Positions 24,537 to 32,000 of a stretch of DNA of 32,000 nt are shown piece by piece (position 1 is the first letter of the stretch; the number at the start of each line of letters is the position of its first letter). Location: positions 190,836 through 222,835 of the forward strand of contig NZ_KN360931.1 in assembly GCF_000784355.1 (NCBI RefSeq), given 5' to 3'. This DNA is from Methanolacinia paynteri (GTDB taxonomy: Archaea > Halobacteriota > Methanomicrobia > Methanomicrobiales > Methanomicrobiaceae). Both the position numbers and the translations under genes were made by a program. The notes beneath the pieces were generated by a model, which was given only the letters and a program-made list of their open reading frames with translations, searched no databases and was not told the origin of the DNA.

Positions 24537-25718
24537 ATGAAATTTATGTTCTCGAGAAGGATTCAGAACACCCCGAAATCCTTCATACGCGAGATACTCA
24601 AGGTTACGGAAAACCCCGACGTTATCTCCTTCGCCGGCGGTCTTCCAAACCCTTCCTTAATCGACACCGAAGGGATCGGGAAGGCCGCATCGGATATCAT
24701 AAAAAGCGACGGCAGGTCCGCCCTCCAGTACTCAACCACCGAAGGATACGAACCCCTGAGACAATATATCGCCGACCGCTACGCGAAGAGATACAATCTC
24801 GACGTCAGCGCCGACGAGATCCTGATAACAAACGGCTCGCAGCAGTGCCTCGATCTTCTCGGGAAAGTATTCATCAACCAGGGAGACACCGTCCTGATGG
24901 AAAAACCCGGATACCTCGGTGCGATCCAGTCCTTCTCTCTCTACGAACCCGAATTCCATTCAGTCTCCCTCCATGACGACGGCCCCGACACCGTAGAGCT
25001 CTCGTCCGTATTATCCGAAGAACTTCCGGTCTTCTTCTACGGCATACCCAACTCCCAGAACCCAACCGGCATAACATACTCCGACGAAAAGAGAAAAGAA
25101 GTCGCAGAAATCCTCAACGAAGCCGAAGTTCCGTTCATCGAAGACGACGCCTACGGGGAGCTCCGCTTCGACGGAAAAGCCATAAAACCGGTCAAATATT
25201 ACATGCCCGAAGCAGGCATAATGACAGGCTCCTTCTCCAAGATATTCTCGCCAGGGATGAGGCTCGGCTGGGTCTGTGCAACTCCCGAAGTCCTCGACAA
25301 GGTCATAATCGCAAAGCAGGCATCCGACCTCCACTCGAACTATCTCAGCCAGAGAATCCTGTACAAGTATCTCGAAGAGAACAACATCGACAAACATATC
25401 GAAAAGATACAATCCGAATATAAGATGCGGGCTGACCTCATGGTCAAAACGATCCGCTCGGAATTCCCCCCCGAGATCACCTGCACTCAGCCCGAAGGCG
25501 GAATGTTCGTCTGGCTCCGCTTCCCCGACAACATGTCCTCTATGAAGATATTCGAAAAGGCCTCGGAGAAAAATGTCGTCATACTCCCGGGAATGCCGTT
25601 CTACGTCGACGGAAAAGGAGACAAAACGGCGAGGCTCAACTTCACGAATTCGGACGAAGAAGAGATCAAATACGGAATCGGGGTAGTGGCAGAGGTAATA
25701 AAAGAGTTGTATTACTGA
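24537..25718 (+). CDS. PLP-dependent aminotransferase, class I/II (AspC/LysN-like)
   Basis: SFIREILKV..ISFAGGLPNP, NPTG, and the PLP-lysine motif SFSKIFSPGMRLGW. Confidence 0.8.
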   Translation: MKFMFSRRIQNTPKSFIREILKVTENPDVISFAGGLPNPSLIDTEGIGKAASDIIKSDGRSALQYSTTEGYEPLRQYIADRYAKRYNLDVSADEILITNGSQQCLDLLGKVFINQGDTVLMEKPGYLGAIQSFSLYEPEFHSVSLHDDGPDTVELSSVLSEELPVFFYGIPNSQNPTGITYSDEKRKEVAEILNEAEVPFIEDDAYGELRFDGKAIKPVKYYMPEAGIMTGSFSKIFSPGMRLGWVCATPEVLDKVIIAKQASDLHSNYLSQRILYKYLEENNIDKHIEKIQSEYKMRADLMVKTIRSEFPPEITCTQPEGGMFVWLRFPDNMSSMKIFEKASEKNVVILPGMPFYVDGKGDKTARLNFTNSDEEEIKYGIGVVAEVIKELYY

Positions 25719-25719
25719 T

Positions 25720-26709
25720 TCAGAATGCCAGTGATGTAACCGTAAGAACAGCAATAAACAATATAATCAGGGCAATTGTCCTTTTCACAAATTTTTTTGC
25801 AACCCTTGCTTCCGATCCCGTTCTTGGCGCAACTCCTATAATCAACGTTCCGATAAGTGCGCCTGCGATAAGCCCGATCACGTTATCCAGTGTAAGAAGA
25901 AGTGCTCCGGTGATCGCGTCGGGGATCATGATAATTGAAATTCCTGCGACAACAGTCGGGGGAAGCAAGGCTGCTGCAACCGCAACTCCGGCGATGGACT
26001 CGGAAAAACCCTTTGAAACAGCTATCATCGAGGCAAGACCCAGCAGAACCGCCATGAGAATATATATCGGGCTCGTAGTCGTCCTGAGAAGGATCTCCTG
26101 TGTTATCTCAAGGGTATAAAGACCTGCCTGCATCGATACCTCCATCAGGTTCAGCGTGTAAGTCGCTACTACCGATACGAATAATATCGTGACAAGGTAG
26201 ATGAAAAGAGCAAAAACGCTCATTAAAGCATCCTTCGTTCTCCCCGTTGCGCCGTAGATCGCAAAAGAGTGGATCGGCCCGAGAATCGGTGCAAGGAGCA
26301 TCGCCCCGATAATAATCGCCACATTATTCAGGAAGAGGCCCGTAAGCGCAATAAGTCCGGCGATCGTTGTCAGGAGAAGAATCCAGTAATCGATCGAATT
26401 ATAATTCTTCGCCGAATTAAGCAGCAGCTCCACGGGAGTTTTTTCGTGCTTTGGGGCAGTCTTCTCCGCCCGTGAAAGAGTGGACGAGATGACAAAATCC
26501 GGGGTGGAAACTTCGATGAGGTTCTCTTTATACCTTAAATCAAGAGGCTCCCGGATTTTGTCAATTATATTGTTAACCTCGGAATCGGGTGCGAATATTT
26601 TGACCTGGACGAAATCCCCCACGTCCACATCTATATGGTAAAGATCCTCCAGCAATGGTTTAAGATTCTTGTAATCCTCATGCCTGGCATGAAGGAGTAT
26701 CTTCTTCAT
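25720..26709 (-). CDS. Integral membrane protein, DUF389/TIGR00341-like (tentative)
   Basis: A soluble N-terminus of about 90 aa is followed by several Gly/Ala-rich hydrophobic helices. The length of 329 aa fits that family. No motif-level proof. Confidence 0.4.
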   Translation of the reverse strand: MKKILLHARHEDYKNLKPLLEDLYHIDVDVGDFVQVKIFAPDSEVNNIIDKIREPLDLRYKENLIEVSTPDFVISSTLSRAEKTAPKHEKTPVELLLNSAKNYNSIDYWILLLTTIAGLIALTGLFLNNVAIIIGAMLLAPILGPIHSFAIYGATGRTKDALMSVFALFIYLVTILFVSVVATYTLNLMEVSMQAGLYTLEITQEILLRTTTSPIYILMAVLLGLASMIAVSKGFSESIAGVAVAAALLPPTVVAGISIIMIPDAITGALLLTLDNVIGLIAGALIGTLIIGVAPRTGSEARVAKKFVKRTIALIILFIAVLTVTSLAF

Positions 26710-26745
26710 AACTATCAGATAACTGTCATGCGATAAAAATAGTTC

Positions 26746-28224
26746 TTATTGTTCTTTTGCCTGCTGAATGTAGACATTTACAGCCGCAGAGATCGCAGCA
26801 GCCTCTTTGCCTCCCCGGAGGGATGCGGCAAGGTTCTGCATACGTGTCTGCTCCTCGCGGAGGTATCTCGAAAGGCTCTTCTGGATATGCTCCTCCTGCA
26901 GGAAATGGGTGTGAGTATCCCCGTTGATGAAGTGAGGGTTTCTCATTATCGCATGATGCAGCGGCAGTGTAGTCCTGACCCCGAGAATGACATACTCGTA
27001 GATCGCCCTTCTCATCCTGTCTATCGACTCCTGCCTGTCGCTTCCCCACGAGCAGAGCTTGGAGATCATCGAGTCGTACATCGGGGGGATCGCATATCCC
27101 ATGTGGATACCCGAATCCACCCTGATTCCCGGGCCTCCCGGAGACCTGTAGCGGACGATCTTTCCGGGATCGGCCGTGAAATTATTCAGCGGATCTTCGG
27201 CATTGATACGGCATTCGATCGCATGGCCGTTGAGCCTGATGTCCTCCTGGGAATGCTGGAGCTCCTCGCCCGCCGCGACCTTAATCTGCTGTTTCACGAT
27301 ATCCATGCCGGTTATCATCTCGGTTACCGTATGCTCGACCTGGAGACGGGTGTTCATCTCCATGAAATAGTAGTTCCCCTCGCTGTAGAGGAACTCGACG
27401 GTTCCTGCATTGTAGTAGCCCGAAGCCTCGGCCACCTTCAGTGCGGACTCCGACATCCTCTCGCGGAGTTCGTCGGTCATTATCGGGCACGGGGCCTCTT
27501 CGACCAGTTTCTGGTGGCGTCTCTGTATAGAGCACTCCCTGTCATAGAGATGCACCCTGTTGCCATGCTTGTCGCAGAGGACCTGGAACTCGATATGCCG
27601 CGGTTTCACGAGATACTTCTCGATGAAGACCGTCGAATCACCGAAAGCCGATTCGGCGATCCTCATACCCTTCTCGATCGCGTTTTCGAGCTCCTCTTCG
27701 TTCTCGACGATCTGCATCCCTATGCCGCCGCCGCCTGCGCTCGCCTTGACGATCACCGGATACCCGATGTCCTTTGCGACTCTCTTTGCCTCGGTGATAT
27801 CTTTGACGCCGTCATGGGTGTACGGGAGAACCGGAACGCCGGCCTTGTCCATCATGTGCTTGGAGCCGAGTTTAGACCCCATCGCCTCGATGGACTTCCA
27901 CGAAGGTCCGATGAACGTCAGCCCTTCTTCTTCGCAGTATTTGGCAAATTTTGAATTTTCAGCAAGAAATCCGTACCCCGGGTGGATCGCTTCAGCTCCG
28001 GAACTCTTTGCGATCTTTAAGATACGGTCCATATTGAGATAGCTCTCTTTCGGGGGTGCGGCCCCGAGAAGATAAGCCTCGTCCGCATATTTGACGTGGA
28101 GTGCGTTTCGGTCGGGTTCGGAGAAGACGGCGACCGTCTCTATTCCAAGCTCCCTGCAGCCACGCATTATCCTGATGGCGATCTCGCCCCTGTTGGCAAT
28201 TAAGATCTTGTTGAAATAACTCAT
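26746..28224 (-). CDS. pycA: Pyruvate carboxylase subunit A (biotin carboxylase)
   Basis: [33 protein letters not shown]-grasp motifs, and [15 protein letters not shown] 4-nt overlap joins it to the upstream carboxyltransferase/BCCP gene. Confidence 0.88.
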   Translation of the reverse strand: MSYFNKILIANRGEIAIRIMRGCRELGIETVAVFSEPDRNALHVKYADEAYLLGAAPPKESYLNMDRILKIAKSSGAEAIHPGYGFLAENSKFAKYCEEEGLTFIGPSWKSIEAMGSKLGSKHMMDKAGVPVLPYTHDGVKDITEAKRVAKDIGYPVIVKASAGGGGIGMQIVENEEELENAIEKGMRIAESAFGDSTVFIEKYLVKPRHIEFQVLCDKHGNRVHLYDRECSIQRRHQKLVEEAPCPIMTDELRERMSESALKVAEASGYYNAGTVEFLYSEGNYYFMEMNTRLQVEHTVTEMITGMDIVKQQIKVAAGEELQHSQEDIRLNGHAIECRINAEDPLNNFTADPGKIVRYRSPGGPGIRVDSGIHMGYAIPPMYDSMISKLCSWGSDRQESIDRMRRAIYEYVILGVRTTLPLHHAIMRNPHFINGDTHTHFLQEEHIQKSLSRYLREEQTRMQNLAASLRGGKEAAAISAAVNVYIQQAKEQ

Positions 28225-29957
28225 TCAATCACCAGCAAGACGTCACCGCTTTGCACGGTGTCGCCTGCATCGACAAAGATCTGGGTCACCTTCCCGGCCT
28301 TTATCGATTTAATCGGGTTCTCCATCTTCATGGCCTCGAGAACCACAAGAGTGTCTCCCACTTTCACCTCGGCCCCGACACATGTCTCGACCTTGAGCAC
28401 CATTCCCTGCATGTTGCTCTTGACTCCGCCCTTGATGTTCCTCGGGATCTTCTTCTCGCCGATGGATGCGGATGACGTGACCTCACTTCCCTCAACAGAG
28501 AGAATCCTGACAGCGAAGATCTCGCCGTCGACTTCGACCTCCATAAAGCTCGGAATGTTTCCTGAATCCTGCTTCCTGGACTGGGATAAGGTCGGGATCG
28601 TCTCGGCCTTTCTCTCTCCTTTGAGGAACGAAGGCGCTATTGCCGGGTAGAGGATGTATGTCAGGATGTCCTCGTCCTTCTTTACAAGGCCCTCCTCACC
28701 GGCCTCCTTTGCCATAGTCTCGTATACCGGTTCGAGGAGGTCCGCTGGTCTTCCTTCGAACGCCTTCTCACCGTCGATGATCTTCTCGCGGATCTCTTCA
28801 GGGATCGTTCCCGGGGGTTTGCCGTAGAGGCCCCTTACGTAGTCCTTGACCTCCTGCGTGACATTGGAGTATCTCTCCCCGCCCATGAGGACGTTCAGCA
28901 CAGCCTGTGTTCCTACGATCTGGCTCGTCGGGGTGACGAGCGGCGGATATCCCAGATCCTTTCTGACCTTCGGGATCTCGTTATGAACGGATTCGAGTTT
29001 GTCGAGCGCATCCTGCTCCTTGAGCTGCGAGACGAGATTCGAGATCATTCCGCCGGGGAGCTGGTATATCAGGACATCCGAATCGATCCTCTCTGATATC
29101 GGGTCGATAAGCGCCCCGTATTTCTCCCTGACTACAAGGCATTTGATCTTTGCATCCCGGAGGCGCATGAGATCGATGCCTGTATCCCTGTCCGTTCCCT
29201 TCAGGCTTGCAACCACGCTCTCGGTTGCGGGCTGCGAAGTTCCCATTGCAAACGGCGACATGGCCGTATCAAGGATATCTACTCCCGCCTCTATTGCCGC
29301 CTGGTAGCTCATCGGGGCTATTCCGCTTGTCGAATGCGAGTGGAGGTTTACAGGTATGTCGATCCTCTTTTTGATTCCGGCGACGAGATCCGCAGCATCT
29401 TTCGGCATTATTAACCCGGCCATATCCTTGATGCAAACCGAATCGCTGCCTTTAGAATAGAGATCTTCGGCAAGATCTATGAATCCGGCGACCGAGTGAA
29501 CAGGACTTGTCGTGTAGCTTATCGTTCCCTGGAGGTGTGCTCCTATATCCTTTACAACCTCCATGGATTTTTCCATGTTCCTGATGTCGTTTAATGCATC
29601 GAAGACCCTGAATATATCGACCCCGTTTCTTCCGGCGGCCTCGATGAATTTTTCGACTACATCATCGGGGTAATGCTTGTATCCTACCAGGTTCTGGCCG
29701 CGGAGAAGCATCTGGACCTTTGTGTTTTTCATCTCGGCCTTGATATCGCGGAGCCTCTGCCAGGGATCGTCGTTCAGGTACCGTATGCAACTGTCAAAAG
29801 TGGCGCCTCCCCAGGCCTCTACCGAAAAAAAACCTATTTTATCTAATTGTCTTGCAACAGGGATCAGATCCTCGGTCCTAAGGCGTGTAGCGATTAAGGA
29901 TTGATGTGCATCCCTGAGGGTAGTATCTGTTATTTTTACAGTATTGGCAACGCTCAT
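28221..29957 (-). CDS. pycB: Pyruvate carboxylase subunit B (carboxyltransferase + biotin carboxyl carrier domain)
   Basis: [13 protein letters not shown] (HMGL-like/oxaloacetate decarboxylase alpha-type TIM barrel) and a C-terminal biotinyl site EAMKMEN. Confidence 0.88.
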   Translation of the reverse strand: MSVANTVKITDTTLRDAHQSLIATRLRTEDLIPVARQLDKIGFFSVEAWGGATFDSCIRYLNDDPWQRLRDIKAEMKNTKVQMLLRGQNLVGYKHYPDDVVEKFIEAAGRNGVDIFRVFDALNDIRNMEKSMEVVKDIGAHLQGTISYTTSPVHSVAGFIDLAEDLYSKGSDSVCIKDMAGLIMPKDAADLVAGIKKRIDIPVNLHSHSTSGIAPMSYQAAIEAGVDILDTAMSPFAMGTSQPATESVVASLKGTDRDTGIDLMRLRDAKIKCLVVREKYGALIDPISERIDSDVLIYQLPGGMISNLVSQLKEQDALDKLESVHNEIPKVRKDLGYPPLVTPTSQIVGTQAVLNVLMGGERYSNVTQEVKDYVRGLYGKPPGTIPEEIREKIIDGEKAFEGRPADLLEPVYETMAKEAGEEGLVKKDEDILTYILYPAIAPSFLKGERKAETIPTLSQSRKQDSGNIPSFMEVEVDGEIFAVRILSVEGSEVTSSASIGEKKIPRNIKGGVKSNMQGMVLKVETCVGAEVKVGDTLVVLEAMKMENPIKSIKAGKVTQIFVDAGDTVQSGDVLLVIE

Positions 29958-30022
29958 AAATTTCCTCCAAGGAGCCAGGATTGATTAACTATTATTCAGT
30001 CTCTAATAATTTTCTCACCGAA

Positions 30023-30664
30023 CTATAAATATCTCACTAAAGGGAGGAAAACAATAAATACTATCATTATTGAGAAAAATAAAGCCAGCCAGTCGTTTTT
30101 TTCAGTTACGAATTCGGGGCGGTGCGTCCCGCCGCGTATATACCCTCTTCCTGCGAGGATTTTTCCATGCTCCTCCGCCCGTTTCAGCGTGATTATCAGT
30201 ATATTCCCGAGAACAGGGATGTAGTCGCGAATCCTGATCTTCTTTCCCTTGAAATCCATGGCGATGCGGGCCATCCTGTAATCCTCAGGTATCCTTCTTA
30301 TCTCTGTCATGGCGATCTCCGCAGTCAGGCCGAGCTCGAAACCGGTTTTTTTTCCGAAAAGCCACACGAGCGTATCGAGAATTTCACCGGGCCTGATCGC
30401 CGAGTAGGCCCAGACCGCGATGACGATCAGCGCAGACATCCTGGTGAAGTATGATATTCCGCCGGACGTCTCACCTATCGAAAGGACCGCGATGACCGAG
30501 ATCATAACGAACAGTCCGAGGAAGGCGGGAAGCGAAGGGATTTTGAATTTCCTGTCCGAGAATACGATGACCCAGAGTACGGATGCAAGCGCGGCTTCCA
30601 TTCCTGCAAAGGCGGCGCATGAGAGCATTATCATCGAGGCCATTCTTATTCGCGGATCTTTCAT
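30023..30664 (-). CDS. ECF-transporter transmembrane (T) component, CbiQ/EcfT-like
   Basis: Hydrophobic 213-aa protein with an A..RG coupling-helix-like motif (ILAGRGYIRG). Lies downstream of two ABC ATPase genes. Confidence 0.6.
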   Translation of the reverse strand: MKDPRIRMASMIMLSCAAFAGMEAALASVLWVIVFSDRKFKIPSLPAFLGLFVMISVIAVLSIGETSGGISYFTRMSALIVIAVWAYSAIRPGEILDTLVWLFGKKTGFELGLTAEIAMTEIRRIPEDYRMARIAMDFKGKKIRIRDYIPVLGNILIITLKRAEEHGKILAGRGYIRGGTHRPEFVTEKNDWLALFFSIMIVFIVFLPLVRYL

Positions 30665-30683
30665 ACCTGATTTCTCCTGTCCG

Positions 30684-31253
30684 TCACTCTGTCTTCGAGA
30701 GGATTCCTTCCGACATGTTCCAGAGGTGGTCGTATTCGGGGAGGATCTTTGATTCGTGCGTGAATATGATCCTGACGCCGCTACTTATCTCATCAAGCAT
30801 ATCCCTGAAATTTCTCTTCCATATGCAGTCGAGCGAACTGAAGGGTTCGTCGAGGATCATGAGATCGTATTCTTTTTGGATCATACATGCAAGATGGAGT
30901 CTCTTCAGCTCCCCGCGGGAGAGTGTCATCGGATCCCTGTTCTCTTCGTAGCGGAGGCCGGCGGTGTTCATCACTGGTTCGAGATCAAGGTCCCATGATT
31001 CGATCTCGCCTCCGATGGTCATGTGGGTGAGATGGTATTCGGGAAACTGCATCGAAAATATCCTTGATCCGATCCCTTCGGTCGTGATTGTTCCTTTATC
31101 GGGTTTCTCAATACCTGCAAGAATCGCGGCGAGTGTCGATTTTCCGCTTCCGATCCTTCCTGTGACGATATGGAGCCCTTCGGAGAACCCGGCGTCAGCT
31201 CCGAGAGTGAACTCGTCCCTGGAGAATTCGATATTATTGCATGAGATATCCAT
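30684..31253 (-). CDS. ABC ATPase (ECF A component-like), compact, with atypical signature LSRGE
   Basis: Walker A GRIGSGKST, Q-loop SMQFPE, signature LSRGELKRL, Walker B LMILDEP, and an H-loop in IIFTHES. Confidence 0.75.
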   Translation of the reverse strand: MDISCNNIEFSRDEFTLGADAGFSEGLHIVTGRIGSGKSTLAAILAGIEKPDKGTITTEGIGSRIFSMQFPEYHLTHMTIGGEIESWDLDLEPVMNTAGLRYEENRDPMTLSRGELKRLHLACMIQKEYDLMILDEPFSSLDCIWKRNFRDMLDEISSGVRIIFTHESKILPEYDHLWNMSEGILSKTE

Positions 31254-31256
31254 TTG

Positions 31257-31961
31257 TCACCCCGTCCCGGCAGGAAGATGGTCGGGATAAAAACAGGTCC
31301 CTTTGAGTTCTTCAAACACCGATGCGGGTGTTCCAGATGCGGCGACTCTTCCGTCTTCCATGTACACCGCATAGCCGGCGATCTCCCCGGCTCTCTCCAT
31401 GTTCTGGGTGCAGAATACGACGTGCGTGATATCGAGACCGGTTATTATGTCGAATATCTCATCGGCCGTAACGGGGTCGAGGTGCGAATCGGGTTCGTCG
31501 AGGATCAGGAGATCCGGGTCGGCCACGATTGCTGTGGCGAGTTCGACGAGCACTTTCTCTCCGCCTGAAAGTTTCTTTACGTTTTTATCATACAAACGGG
31601 CTATCCCGAGTTTTTCGATAACCTCGTTTACGGTCTCTTCAATCTCTTCACAACCGGTATGCCTGAATTTGAGCGGGGATGCGATCTCGTCCGCAACCCT
31701 TTCGAACAGGATGTTCTTATCGGGAAATTCGGAGAGGTATCCGCTCTCGGTCTTCCGGGGAGCAGATCCGTCGATGAGAATCGATCCTTTCTCAGGCAGC
31801 TCCATTCCGGAAAGGAGTTTTAAGAAGGTGCTCTTCCCGGAGCCGTTCGGTCCGAAAACCGCACAGACACCTTCCGGTATTTTCAGCGCCGGAATTTCGA
31901 GATCCCTGAAAGAGACTTCATCAAATTCTATCATTGATCCTCTCTGCGATAAGGAATGCAA
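31257..31961 (-). CDS. ABC ATPase (ECF A component/CbiO-like)
   Basis: Walker A GPNGSGKST, signature LSGGEKVLV, Walker B LLILDEPDSHLD. Confidence 0.8.
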   Translation of the reverse strand: MHSLSQRGSMIEFDEVSFRDLEIPALKIPEGVCAVFGPNGSGKSTFLKLLSGMELPEKGSILIDGSAPRKTESGYLSEFPDKNILFERVADEIASPLKFRHTGCEEIEETVNEVIEKLGIARLYDKNVKKLSGGEKVLVELATAIVADPDLLILDEPDSHLDPVTADEIFDIITGLDITHVVFCTQNMERAGEIAGYAVYMEDGRVAASGTPASVFEELKGTCFYPDHLPAGTG

Positions 31962-32000
31962 CCGCTGATTTTACGCAGTCGCCCGGGATGAAGGGAGCCA

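Noticed and set aside
26749-27954. Long antisense ORFs inside pycA (401 aa), inside the aminotransferase (25011-25754, 247 aa), and shorter ones inside pycB, cas10, cmr3 and cmr4
   Set aside because: The opposite strand encodes proteins with unmistakable family motifs. The antisense products are low-complexity (R/L/D-rich), as is typical of shadow ORFs.

Overview
Archaeal chromosomal window, probably a Methanomicrobia-type methanogen. That origin is an inference from the alternative-heme (Ahb) genes, the two-subunit pyruvate carboxylase, an intron-containing tRNA and TATA-type promoter motifs. Higher-GC housekeeping genes sit on both flanks. On the left are a catalase 3' end and an ahbD-ahbA-ahbB-ahbC-like heme cluster (1-3.6 kb). 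On the right are an aminotransferase, a DUF389-like membrane protein, pycB-pycA and an ECF-type ABC transporter (24.5-32 kb). Between them lies a lower-GC accessory island of about 20 kb that ends at an intron-containing tRNA(CAU). The island carries toxin-antitoxin and small defence genes: a solo MNT, an MNT with a frameshifted HEPN, MazEF, and HD and DJ-1 proteins. It also carries a complete type III-B CRISPR-Cas system. The minus-strand operon reads cas6-cmr1-cas10(cmr2)-cmr3-cmr4-cmr5-cmr6, then a Csx16-like gene, then an unusual 606-aa protein that looks like a DHH/DHHA1-like module fused to an HD domain. A separate plus-strand adaptation module has a stand-alone group-II-intron-type reverse transcriptase followed by cas1 and cas2. 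Three CRISPR arrays (5, 11 and 13 repeats) share one 37-nt repeat and near-identical leaders of about 229 nt. Each leader holds two 43-nt palindromes built around a TATA-like core. The two arrays that lack an adjacent cas2 are each preceded by a decayed cas2 3' remnant. The best candidates for something undescribed are: the DHH-like/HD fusion protein in a locus whose Cas10 has no HD domain and which has no canonical CARF/SAVED effector; a roughly 120-aa C-terminal extension on Cmr6; and the leader palindrome architecture. All protein family calls rest on motif recognition by eye; no database search was run.
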